From: a virus
Strand: one strand, 5' to 3'
Length of the DNA stretch: 64,000 bases
UHGV virus genome: UHGV-0213393
This document shows, piece after piece, positions 1-8,830 of the stretch (its first letter is position 1; each line of letters opens with the position of its first letter). The translations under genes were made by a program, and so were the position numbers. The notes under the pieces were generated by a model. The model did no database searches. It was not told where the DNA came from and saw only the letters and a program-made list of their open reading frames with translations.

Positions 1-4
1 CGAA

Positions 5-610
5 ATGGCGCAAATGCATCTTGAGCATGAACGCCGGATCAACGCCGTTAATGCCCAGGTAGCCGAAGTATCGGCACAAGTGTCCAAAGTCGCTGAAACC
101 GTCGAGCAAATAAAGAAAGGCAATATTCCGGAAGGCTACATTAGCTACCGCCAGTTAGCGGCAAAATGCGGCCTGACTGAAGCCAAATGCCGTAACCTGG
201 TCAATGCGTATCGGATTCCCACCGATACACATGAGTTTTTAACTCCCGATGGTTTGCTCGCGAGACGCTCCATTGTGGCCCTGGCCCCCTTCCGGAAAGC
301 CTTTAAGCAGGTTATGTCGGAGGCAGAACCACGTAACAAACGCTGGTATCATCCCAGGATGGGGCTATTTCAGGCCATTCACCATCCTGTGCCTGAAAGT
401 CCAAAGGCAAACCTGTCGTTGCATACCGCCAGAGAGAAGATTAAAACAGGGTATGCAACCGTATGCCGTCGAGCATCCTGGCCTGAAAGTGTCTGGGTAT
501 GGCCCGAAAGAGGCTCACGGAAAAACTGGCGCACCATTCGCGACGGCAAAATCTGTGCGATTGATTTACAGCCAGAAGATGTAGCAGCGACCGACTGGAT
601 TGTTAGTTAA
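5..610 (+). CDS. Rha-family phage regulatory protein, C-terminal part (5' end lies outside the window), fused in frame to a small Rha-associated domain
   Basis: Translation aligns by eye to the C-terminal half of the Rha-like ORF at 53402-54109 (VAETVEQIKKGNIPEGY...RWYHPRMG) and continues in frame into a homolog of the small ORF 54094-54306 (WVWP...DWIV). Confidence 0.6.
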   Translation: MAQMHLEHERRINAVNAQVAEVSAQVSKVAETVEQIKKGNIPEGYISYRQLAAKCGLTEAKCRNLVNAYRIPTDTHEFLTPDGLLARRSIVALAPFRKAFKQVMSEAEPRNKRWYHPRMGLFQAIHHPVPESPKANLSLHTAREKIKTGYATVCRRASWPESVWVWPERGSRKNWRTIRDGKICAIDLQPEDVAATDWIVS

Positions 611-617
611 TAGATTT

Positions 618-640
618 GCCCCGGTCATGCCGGGGCTTTA
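618..640 (+). terminator. GC-rich hairpin (GCCCCGG-loop-CCGGGGC) after the Rha-like gene, weak T tract
   Basis: Inverted repeat directly after the stop codon; a near-identical hairpin follows the second Rha module at 54315-54338. Confidence 0.4.
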
Positions 641-666
641 ACTACTAAGTGACCGGACACAGCAAA

Positions 667-963
667 ATGTATGCCACGAAAAAAATTGATTTCACTTATT
701 CTTCCGCCACAATTGAGCGGCGCTTCACCCTCATTAGAGAGTTGGAACTGTCAAAAGTCTGGTATCAAATTCTACTGGATGAAGAGTTCTCACTGATGAT
801 AATGGCTGAAAAAGAAGCAATGCCGAATGACCGGCATAAAGTCATTGCCAGCCTTGACCTGGTGACAAACAGATACTGGGAGACAGAGGAACTGCGTGAA
901 GCGGGAGTAATTCGTGACCTGATGGATAATTCCGTTCCCCGTCGTTATCGAGTAATGAGCTAA
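667..963 (+). CDS. hypothetical protein
   Basis: Open frame only; no recognisable motif, weak RBS. Confidence 0.3.
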   Translation: MYATKKIDFTYSSATIERRFTLIRELELSKVWYQILLDEEFSLMIMAEKEAMPNDRHKVIASLDLVTNRYWETEELREAGVIRDLMDNSVPRRYRVMS

Positions 964-1111
964 AACTCACCTACACACCGTCAGGCCCAACGCTAATAAA
1001 TGAAACACCCCGCTCTTAGTGTTTCAGGGAGCCAGCTCATTTTTAGCTTGGAAGCAACTTGATTATGAGCTAAGCCTGACATACACTTCAGCGAGAAAAT
1101 GATCAAGTTAA

Positions 1112-1149
1112 AGACACAAAAGCTCTGTTAAAACAGAGCTTTTGTGTCT
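1112..1149. repeat. perfect 38-bp palindrome (18-bp arms, 2-nt centre) upstream of the 1290-3294 cassette; terminator or operator
   Basis: AGACACAAAAGCTCTGTT-AA-AACAGAGCTTTTGTGTCT read directly from the sequence. Confidence 0.6.
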
Positions 1150-1289
1150 TTAAAACATAGATATCATGCCATATATAGTGCCAAAGTTAGTTTTAGACAC
1201 TATATATATTACAAAAGGTAAAAACCGCTTCTACTTTTAACATACACAGAAAAAAAGAAAGCGGTTATAGATAAGGGAAAGGAGGGGTT

Positions 1290-1595
1290 ATGCTCTATGC
1301 GGTTCCTCAGCAAGCTTCTGATTCTTTGAAGTTGATCAAGACTGTACTTCAGCTTATAGCATCTCAACAAGAAGTGTCACAGCAGTTAAAGTTACGGGTT
1401 TATGAGGTGATCAGAGAAGCCTCAAACTTAAGTGTAGATAAAGGTGATCAACTACAGATTCCCTCTCACAGAGAGTCCATCTCGCTCGCGGTAGAAATAC
1501 GCCATACTAAGGCGCTAGCCAAGGTGCTAACCAAAGTAACTAGCGAAGATATGTTAGAACCCGTAATGGCCCGGAATGTATTAGAGTACATTTAA
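1290..1595 (+). CDS. small hypothetical protein, first gene of a three-gene cassette
   Basis: Strong RBS AAGGAGGGG before the ATG; stop overlaps the next start (TAATG); AT-rich. Confidence 0.6.
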   Translation: MLYAVPQQASDSLKLIKTVLQLIASQQEVSQQLKLRVYEVIREASNLSVDKGDQLQIPSHRESISLAVEIRHTKALAKVLTKVTSEDMLEPVMARNVLEYI

Positions 1596-2680
1596 TGCTT
1601 GCATTTACACAACTTACATTAGTTCGAAATAAGCTAAGGGAGATTTCAGAATCTCCCTATTTTTCTAAAGACATGCATGAATATCTCGCTGTTCTACAAG
1701 AAGCAGCAGATAAGCTATATGAAAACCATGAGAAGGTTGCCGATGAAATAATTGCTGATTGTACTTTTTTTATCACCGATGCAGTTAATTTTTTCACTGG
1801 CAGTACTACAAAGAAAATTCCCTACGAGATTGTTTATTGCTTAAATGATGCCTGTAAAAAATGGATAAGTGAAAAAACACTTATTACAACGGCTCTATCG
1901 CCAGATATGAATGGGTTTTATTTTAAGTCTGTAAGTAAGAATTTCTACACTTTACTTAATGAAATTTTACATGTTAAATGCGATATCGAATTAATTCAGA
2001 TTTCATTACCTGAAATGTACCGAAGACGACCATTGTGCTCAACACCTTTATATCACGAGTTGGGCCACTTTGTTGATATTAGCAAAGGTATTTCTGAGCT
2101 TGCCAATCTAAACTTTCGTTCTATTAATCAAGGTACGCTTCCTGTGCCACATAAAGGTATTGAGTGGTCTAAATTACCTGATGTTATTTGGCTGAATCAC
2201 TGTAGGGAGTATTTTGCAGATCTTTTCAGTGCGCAATTTGTAGGGGAAAGCGGTGTGGATTTCTTATACAAATTAGCTGGTTCTCATCCTGCAAGCGAAA
2301 CTCACCCATCAACAGAAAACAGGGTTAAAGTTGTAAGCGACTTTTTGAACAAAGTGGAAAATCCAGTTATTGGCATGTTCAATGCTGTGATATCAGCCTT
2401 ACATAAGGGTGGGCAAATTATTTCTCCTTGTTTGACATTGCCGACACCTTTGCTTGATGTGAAATCAGCTTTTGATAATGTGCGTCCTTTTGTTATTCGC
2501 GACCACAATGAAATGCATGCTTTTATTAACAGCAGCTGGCAGTACTTATGCTCTGAATGGGAAAAACCTACGGGTATATGGTCTGGGTTGTCAAAAGAAG
2601 CCATAGAAAAAACTATAAATGATTTGGTTGAAAAATCGATTCGAAACGTAATGATTCTTGAAAAATGGAATGCACAATGA
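1595..2680 (+). CDS. HExxH zinc-metallopeptidase-like protein (possibly ImmA/IrrE-like)
   Basis: Single HELGH motif (PLYHELGHFVD) about residue 155; translationally coupled to both neighbours. Confidence 0.55.
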   Translation: MLAFTQLTLVRNKLREISESPYFSKDMHEYLAVLQEAADKLYENHEKVADEIIADCTFFITDAVNFFTGSTTKKIPYEIVYCLNDACKKWISEKTLITTALSPDMNGFYFKSVSKNFYTLLNEILHVKCDIELIQISLPEMYRRRPLCSTPLYHELGHFVDISKGISELANLNFRSINQGTLPVPHKGIEWSKLPDVIWLNHCREYFADLFSAQFVGESGVDFLYKLAGSHPASETHPSTENRVKVVSDFLNKVENPVIGMFNAVISALHKGGQIISPCLTLPTPLLDVKSAFDNVRPFVIRDHNEMHAFINSSWQYLCSEWEKPTGIWSGLSKEAIEKTINDLVEKSIRNVMILEKWNAQ

Positions 2681-3294
2681 ATCTCCTAAGCAAAGCTGAA
2701 TTACTGCAATATTATGAATCAGAAGAACCTGAATCGTTGTTCATTGAACCTCTTCTAAATAAAAACCAAATTGGGAACTTCACCATAGACCTTAGACTTG
2801 GTTACGATTTTTTAGTGTCTATTATGACAAGGAAGCCGTCAATAGAGTTAATTCCCTCTAAAAACAATGATACTCATCAACCAATCAGAACATTTTTCCA
2901 GGAAACAAGGAGAGATCTTGGGGATAGATTCATTGTTTACCCGAATCAAGTGGTACTGGCAACAACATTAGAATATGTTTGTTTGCCACCAGATTGCTAC
3001 GCTGATGTATTGTCCAGAAGCAGCTATACAAGGCTTGGTCTTTCATTAAATACCATGATACAACCAGGGTACAGAGGCTGTATATCTTTAGAGTTATTTA
3101 ATCATGGGAATAGCCCTGTGGAACTTATTGTTGGATCTCGCATATGTCAAATTCGTATATTCAAGAATGAAACTGTCGGTGAATACATAAGTCATGAGTC
3201 TCACAGGAAATATTTCGGAAATGTGAGGCCAACCGTCTCAGCAGCAGAAAGTGATAATGAATTAAATATGCTGGAAAAGATCCGACAAAAATGA
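2677..3294 (+). CDS. dCTP deaminase (Dcd)-like protein
   Basis: By-eye alignment to E. coli Dcd across the catalytic core: IDLRLG, SRSSYTRLGL (Ser/Arg), GYRGCISLELFNHG (Glu), ICQIRIF; ATGA start/stop overlap with upstream gene. Confidence 0.8.
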   Translation: MNLLSKAELLQYYESEEPESLFIEPLLNKNQIGNFTIDLRLGYDFLVSIMTRKPSIELIPSKNNDTHQPIRTFFQETRRDLGDRFIVYPNQVVLATTLEYVCLPPDCYADVLSRSSYTRLGLSLNTMIQPGYRGCISLELFNHGNSPVELIVGSRICQIRIFKNETVGEYISHESHRKYFGNVRPTVSAAESDNELNMLEKIRQK

Positions 3295-3327
3295 AAACTT
3301 TAATGCTTTATATTATAAAAGCATACA

Positions 3328-3359
3328 GCGACAACGCAGCCACCAAGATGTGTTGTCGC
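3328..3359. terminator. possible bidirectional hairpin between convergent genes
   Basis: GCGACAAC...GTTGTCGC inverted repeat with a long loop. Confidence 0.3.
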
Positions 3360-3382
3360 CATGTTCAAAGTTCTAACGCAGT

Positions 3383-3775
3383 TTAAAAATCACCTGCGCG
3401 CTGTTTTTCAAGCACAGATTTAACATTTGGCGCTTTCCCTTTAAAAGAATGGAAAGTGCCACATTTTTCTGTTTTAACCTCGCGCAGAGCTTCGCCATCG
3501 GCGTTCTGCCATTGATGGGATAATGTCATATCACCGCGAGAAGGAACATCCAGCGAGTACAGCGTGTAAGTTCCCCCCATCTCCGCATACTACTGGAACA
3601 CATAGCTCATTACGTCAGATTCAGTTTTTCGGTGTGCGTTATCAACCTTATTCCCATTCAGAAATATGGCATCTGGATAGATTTTTATATCAAACCGACC
3701 GCACTTAACTTGTAAATTTCCGGCGCTCGCGATCAAAGGGAAAGACGCCAGTAAAGCAATAGCAAATCTTTTCAA
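3383..3775 (-). pseudogene. secreted small protein gene interrupted by an in-frame amber codon (about 3590-3592)
   Basis: Track ORFs 3590-3775 and 3383-3580 are in the same frame, separated by TAG plus three sense codons; N-terminal signal peptide MKRFAIALLASFPLIASA. Confidence 0.35.
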
Positions 3776-3795
3776 TTCTGCCTCCGCTGCGTAAC

Positions 3796-4419
3796 TTATT
3801 GCCCGTATTTTTTACACCATTGCTCTGCCATTTGTTTGGCTAAAGGCCCGGCTACTGCACTGTATTCTGCTGTTTTACTTTGCACACATGAAGCAGATGG
3901 TTTTTTATTTCGCTGCTCGGTTAGTTTGCGCTCATAAGCCATCATGCTATCGAACCCGGCAATATCACTTTGGCGAAGCATTCCCTTTTTAACCAAAAAT
4001 TGCTGCCCCTCTGGCACCAACGCAAGCATAAAAAGAGGTTGCAATAACTCACCTAATCCTTGCTGGCGATACACTTCGAATTGCTGCCATCCCTGACTTA
4101 ATCTGGAAAGAGTATCTTTGGTTGAATAACCTGTTTTTGTTATAGCTTTGTCCGTCAGATATGCTGTATATGCAAAAACGCAAAAGTCAGTTTTACCAAT
4201 AAACTGAGTTCCAACAGGCCGTAATAGAATGCCCTCCCTCTTGCAAAAGTCCATAATTGCCGCTTGTGAATGATCCCCACCAGCGTTATTCATAACCTGC
4301 TGTCCTGCCCTGAATTGTGCAGGTAACGCAGTTGCATTGGCAGTATTAACAGATACGCATCCCAACATAGCCGCGAGCGCGGCCCCTAAAACCCTTAACT
4401 TCACTACACCATCCTTCAT
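3796..4419 (-). CDS. hypothetical secreted protein (N-terminal signal peptide)
   Basis: Hydrophobic N-terminus LRVLGAALAAMLGCVSVNTANA; no recognised catalytic motif. Confidence 0.5.
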   Translation of the reverse strand: MKDGVVKLRVLGAALAAMLGCVSVNTANATALPAQFRAGQQVMNNAGGDHSQAAIMDFCKREGILLRPVGTQFIGKTDFCVFAYTAYLTDKAITKTGYSTKDTLSRLSQGWQQFEVYRQQGLGELLQPLFMLALVPEGQQFLVKKGMLRQSDIAGFDSMMAYERKLTEQRNKKPSASCVQSKTAEYSAVAGPLAKQMAEQWCKKYGQ

Positions 4420-4633
4420 GTAAACAAAATGAAGTTTTATGTTATAAAAACAATTAACTACATCAACATGATTTAGGCCAAATTTCGGTCAAAAAATAAA
4501 ATCCACAAAAAGTGGTTGACACTATTTTGGAAATCACAAACTACACATAATCCATCGCGCTAACGGCTCCCGTTGAAGGTTCTTTTGACGATTAACTTTC
4601 AGCCGAAGCGCGGTAGGGAGTCATAACGCCAAA

Positions 4634-4661
4634 GCAGGCCGCCATGTGCGGCCTTTTTTTG
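4634..4661 (+). terminator. rho-independent terminator-like hairpin (GGCCGC-CATGT-GCGGCC plus T7) with no upstream plus-strand CDS
   Basis: GC stem followed by seven T; the upstream neighbour is on the minus strand. Confidence 0.5.
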
Positions 4662-4687
4662 TATCCGTCATCCGTGGAGGAAGGACA

Positions 4688-5341
4688 ATGGAAAAGATCG
4701 CAATATTCAGCCTGACCACCAGCAAGCCTCAAATGCTCACTGCAATACTGAAAGACGGTGCTCTCATTATTAACGAAGTAAAACCCCTTCCCGCGTCAGC
4801 ATTGGAGCAAAAGCAAAAAATTCCTCCAGCTATAGCAGCCCTGCGGAAAAGCAAATTTAAGGTACTGGTAGACGAAATTACGCCAACGATCTCCGCTGGC
4901 ACCGGAGCAAGCCAAGTGACTCTCAAGACACGTCATGCCGATGGCAGAGCAGCAATCATCGTCGGGATGGAAAGATACAGAGAGTTAAAACTCCAGAAGC
5001 TATTATCCCTGCCGCAAAATAACAAAGGTGCTTTCGAAATCCCCGACTCTATCGTTGATACCGAATACAACGGTAACGGAGAAGAAGTCTACAGGGTGAA
5101 CTGGCAGGATATCAGGCCGGAGCATATTCTGATGATCCTGTGTTGCTACGCGACCGTATACCACAACGTTGCCAGTGCGGATTACGTAGAGCAGATGACC
5201 GGGACAGTCGAGAAAGAGCAAAAAACAGGCATACTCGCTTCGTTCCTTTCCATTATTGGGCATGAAAAAGTTAAAGCAGGCACCTCCCAGCCAAAGTCAC
5301 TGGCTGGGAAAGAAGTTGATGAAGATACCGTGATACTTTGA
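4688..5341 (+). CDS. hypothetical protein
   Basis: ORF with RBS GGAGGAAGG before ATG (MEKIAIFSL...). Confidence 0.5.
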   Translation: MEKIAIFSLTTSKPQMLTAILKDGALIINEVKPLPASALEQKQKIPPAIAALRKSKFKVLVDEITPTISAGTGASQVTLKTRHADGRAAIIVGMERYRELKLQKLLSLPQNNKGAFEIPDSIVDTEYNGNGEEVYRVNWQDIRPEHILMILCCYATVYHNVASADYVEQMTGTVEKEQKTGILASFLSIIGHEKVKAGTSQPKSLAGKEVDEDTVIL

Positions 5342-5669
5342 TCACATTAGTAGCTTTGTTAACTCCCTCAATACTAGGTAGAAGAGTAACAAAAATACTG
5401 ACGCCAGTATTTGCGTGGTCAATGAGGCGTTCATAAACAGATCAATAAGCTTTAACAATTCTAGAATAACATCCATGTCATTCACTCCGTTTAATTTTTA
5501 ATCTAATGCCAGCAAATGAAGCTGGCCCCCGCATAAAGATTAATGAAAGTCACTTGTCACCAATGAGGGGATTTATGAACCACATCCCCCTGAACTGGTG
5601 GCCTGTCTGTTTCTCGCATTTCACACCCTGTATACAGTTTCCCCCAGGTTATGACTGTGAGGAACTGTT

Positions 5670-5999
5670 ATGAGTTACAGCAGGCTCGACGATCGATGCA
5701 TTGAAGACGATGTGCTGCGCGCACTATTCCATCAGGAGATGATCAAGCGGGTATCGGAGTATCACTCCGATAATTTCCAGTACACGATAAAAATTGATGA
5801 GGTTTATCGCTCAGACCTGGCGGCCTATCGCGCCTATGGCAACGCTGATTTGCGCTGGGTATTTCGCGTGCTGGTGGGCCATGAGTCAGAAATGGAAGAA
5901 ATGCCGGTAGGGACAACGTTAACTCTTCCTGACGCAGCATGGCTAAGAAACAAGATTCGCGATTACGCTGGCTCGGCACCGGAGATAGAAAATGCCTGA
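5670..5999 (+). CDS. hypothetical protein
   Basis: ORF overlapping the start of the downstream gene by 8 nt. Confidence 0.45.
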   Translation: MSYSRLDDRCIEDDVLRALFHQEMIKRVSEYHSDNFQYTIKIDEVYRSDLAAYRAYGNADLRWVFRVLVGHESEMEEMPVGTTLTLPDAAWLRNKIRDYAGSAPEIENA

Positions 6000-7188
6000 C
6001 TTCCTGAAAAATCAGGACGGGCGATATATCACTGACGGCCTGTCCTCTAAGGATTTCACACGCGTATTTGAACTCATCAGGAAAGAGCAAAACCGCAAAC
6101 GCCGCCAGGCGCACAGGACACTCACGCCGGGCAGGCTTAGGAATAAATCAGCCGAAGACATTCTTAAGCTGGGGAAAAAGAAAGGCGGCACGTTCTTTAC
6201 GCGTGACGATCTGAAAGGCTTCGAAAAGCTGCGAAGCAAAGCACGCGAAAAATACGACAGCAAGACGGCTGGCATTACATACGCACAACTGGTAGCGTCC
6301 AGCCAGGCTATCGATATTAAGCGAGCAAATAACGCCGTAGACGACGGTTCTGGTATCAAAAGAGCTACGCCCGTATCTCTTCGTCACAATGTGATTAATA
6401 TCCGCGTGGAAGCGTCCGATATATCCGTTCACCAGCACCACATTGTCCGGGTACGTTTTGAAGAATGGGATCAGATGGTCGATGACATCGCAGAAGACGA
6501 TAAATCAGCCCTGAAAGTCACAAAATCACTGTGTGCCGGGCGAGTGTCTTTCGATTGTGACTGCGGTCGCCATCAATACTGGTATCGCTACATCGCCACT
6601 GCGGGTAACTTTGCCCTGGCCCCGCCAAAAGAATACGCCTATCCAAAAGTTCGCAACCCTAAGCTGCAAGGCGTCGCCTGTAAACATGTGATCCACTCAA
6701 TGACACGACTACAGTCTGCCAGTTGGCAGATGAGTATTGCTCGCGCCCTGCAAAAAGCTGCAACGCAAGTTGCCTTTGGTGACGATCGCCGCCGCACGAC
6801 AAAACACTTCACAAAAGAAGACGAGAAGGCGTTCAATCGAAATCGTAGCAGCAAAACGAATGTTGAGGCAGCTAAACGTGAATGGAAGCTCTATCAGAAA
6901 CGCCAGGCCGCTTTAAGCACAAAACTGGCAAAGGACAACGGCAAGATTGACAAGCTACGTGATCAGCTGACCAGGGCCAGAAAGTTGTCCGATGCACAGA
7001 AAAAACGGGCAGCAGCAAAAGAAGCAGCCTTGCAACGTGAGAAACAGAAAAACAAGGAGCTTCAGCAACGCCTTGCCGATCAATTCGCACTGAAGAAGCA
7101 AGCGTTCATTGATGCGCTGGTCATGACAGGAACGTCACCTGAGCAAGCTGAAAAAATGTTTATGGAGTATGTGAAGAAAGGTTCTTAA
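5992..7188 (+). CDS. SWIM-type zinc-finger protein with basic coiled-coil C-terminus
   Basis: CxC...CxH pattern (FDCDCGRHQYW...GVACKHVIH); K/R/Q-rich helical tail. Confidence 0.5.
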   Translation: MPDFLKNQDGRYITDGLSSKDFTRVFELIRKEQNRKRRQAHRTLTPGRLRNKSAEDILKLGKKKGGTFFTRDDLKGFEKLRSKAREKYDSKTAGITYAQLVASSQAIDIKRANNAVDDGSGIKRATPVSLRHNVINIRVEASDISVHQHHIVRVRFEEWDQMVDDIAEDDKSALKVTKSLCAGRVSFDCDCGRHQYWYRYIATAGNFALAPPKEYAYPKVRNPKLQGVACKHVIHSMTRLQSASWQMSIARALQKAATQVAFGDDRRRTTKHFTKEDEKAFNRNRSSKTNVEAAKREWKLYQKRQAALSTKLAKDNGKIDKLRDQLTRARKLSDAQKKRAAAKEAALQREKQKNKELQQRLADQFALKKQAFIDALVMTGTSPEQAEKMFMEYVKKGS

Positions 7189-7197
7189 TTTACAACA

Positions 7198-7218
7198 AAG
7201 GCGGTTATCCCGCCTTTT
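7198..7218. terminator. bidirectional hairpin AAAGGCGG-TTATC-CCGCCTTT between convergent genes
   Basis: Inverted repeat read from sequence. Confidence 0.45.
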
Positions 7219-7221
7219 ATA

Positions 7222-7971
7222 TTACTTGTCCTTTGATGTCGATTGAGACTCATATATTGTCTCTACGTCATCTATTAGTTTATTAATACCCCACAATCCA
7301 GTGTCTTTATAAAAATCGCTTTCTTCAATTGCTTTTAATAAATCGGCAAAATCTTCTTGGGTGGAAATTCTTTTCTTTTTTGCTTTATATACATCGACAA
7401 TTACTTTTATGCCGTGATACAGAGCCACTCTGGCACTCTCAGTCTCTCTCTTCTTCTCTTCAATTGCAGACAATAATTTATATTGATCTTCTGTTTGCTT
7501 TTCTAGACTTAAAAGCTTGCTCTCTTTTTGCTTCAAGTTGATCTGCAACTCTTTTATTCTTGCCCTCTCTTCTAAATCAAACTCATAGTCAATGTATCTA
7601 ATTCTTGCATAGTTCCTGCCTGTTGCTTTTGATATATACATTGTTATATAAGGCATTACCACTGACGCAGTGGTTCCATATATAAATGGCATAACAAAAT
7701 GAGCCACAAACGGAGATACAATGATGGGGCCAACATAAGGAAAGTGATATTTCTCACCAACCCATACTATAGACAATGTTGTATATATATCGTACTTTGA
7801 TTTAAATAATATAATAATATCCTGCCAGTTAACGACAAAAAAAGAAACCACAACATATGCAAACAACTTATTAAATAACTTGTCTCTTATGGCTTCTTCT
7901 ATTGTGTTCCTGACTGTGACATTTTCATCTTTATTTTCTAATGATGAATCTTTGCTCATATAAAAATTCAA
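7222..7971 (-). CDS. membrane protein with C-terminal coiled-coil domain (possible exclusion or abortive-infection factor)
   Basis: Three to four hydrophobic segments in residues about 35-115, then a charged heptad-like region; AT-rich. Confidence 0.5.
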   Translation of the reverse strand: MNFYMSKDSSLENKDENVTVRNTIEEAIRDKLFNKLFAYVVVSFFVVNWQDIIILFKSKYDIYTTLSIVWVGEKYHFPYVGPIIVSPFVAHFVMPFIYGTTASVVMPYITMYISKATGRNYARIRYIDYEFDLEERARIKELQINLKQKESKLLSLEKQTEDQYKLLSAIEEKKRETESARVALYHGIKVIVDVYKAKKKRISTQEDFADLLKAIEESDFYKDTGLWGINKLIDDVETIYESQSTSKDK

Positions 7972-8020
7972 ACCTTCTTATCTTTATTTTTGGTGAAGGC
8001 GGTCTTCCAGACCGCCAGAC

Positions 8021-8380
8021 TCAAACACCAACCAGGCTTTCAAGAGGAATGCCAAACTGGGAATGTAAACGACGAATCATAGGTAACGTCAAATTTCGCG
8101 TGCCATTAAGCACTTCGTAAACACGGTTTGACTTACCAATTGCCGGTTCCAGATCCTTCACTGTCAGCCCTTGCTGTTCCATACGAAACTTAATGGCTTC
8201 AATAGGTGATGGTGGCTCAATTGGGTAATGCTTTTTCTCGTACTCTTCGATGAGCAGGCACATTACTTCAAAGAAATCGCCTTCCGGTGTGTTCATTTCC
8301 GGTTCGTTATCGAACATCGGTTCGACCGCACGCAGTGCGGCCTCATAATCTTGTTCTGTACGGATAGGTTTAATGTTCAT
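8021..8380 (-). CDS. higA: HigA-family HTH antitoxin
   Basis: Downstream of a HigB-like toxin; C-terminal XRE-type HTH; resembles E. coli HigA from memory. Confidence 0.7.
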   Translation of the reverse strand: MNIKPIRTEQDYEAALRAVEPMFDNEPEMNTPEGDFFEVMCLLIEEYEKKHYPIEPPSPIEAIKFRMEQQGLTVKDLEPAIGKSNRVYEVLNGTRNLTLPMIRRLHSQFGIPLESLVGV

Positions 8381-8383
8381 GAT

Positions 8384-8686
8384 TTACTCCAGTTCTATTG
8401 TATCCGCTTCAATGGCATCGTATTCCTTATGTGTTCCAATAAACTTAACGAACATCCATCCTCGCTGATAAGCAATTGCGACAATTAACCTGTAATCATT
8501 TCCCTTAATATTAAACACCACGCGCCTGTTTTTAAGGATGCTGGCTGTCCGGTACTGTTCTTTGATCTCAGCCGGGTTTTTCCAGTCAGCCTTTGTTGCT
8601 TCATCAACCCATGCCTTTAATGGCTGTTCTGCATCGGGATTCTTCGCCCAGAAATCCCTTAGTGTTTTTACCGAAATTATTTTCAT
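8384..8686 (-). CDS. higB: HigB-family (RelE/ParE superfamily) mRNA interferase toxin
   Basis: Start at MKIISVKTL; C-terminal NIKGNDYRLIVAIAYQRGWMFVKFIGTHKEYD matches the HigB signature; toxin-first operon. Confidence 0.7.
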   Translation of the reverse strand: MKIISVKTLRDFWAKNPDAEQPLKAWVDEATKADWKNPAEIKEQYRTASILKNRRVVFNIKGNDYRLIVAIAYQRGWMFVKFIGTHKEYDAIEADTIELE

Positions 8687-8830
8687 CACAGATTCCTTCT
8701 CTCTGAAAGTATAGTAGTCCCAATATGGGACAATGTAAAGCACTTTAGTCCCATGCTGGGATATGAATTGAAATCACAATCTCCAGACAATGCCCCTCGA
8801 TACCAGATAAATCGACCTTTGAGGACGCTT

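Noticed and set aside
249-584. 111-aa plus-strand ORF overlapping the Rha-like frame
   Set aside because: Alternative frame of a region whose primary frame has a clear homolog at 53402-54109.
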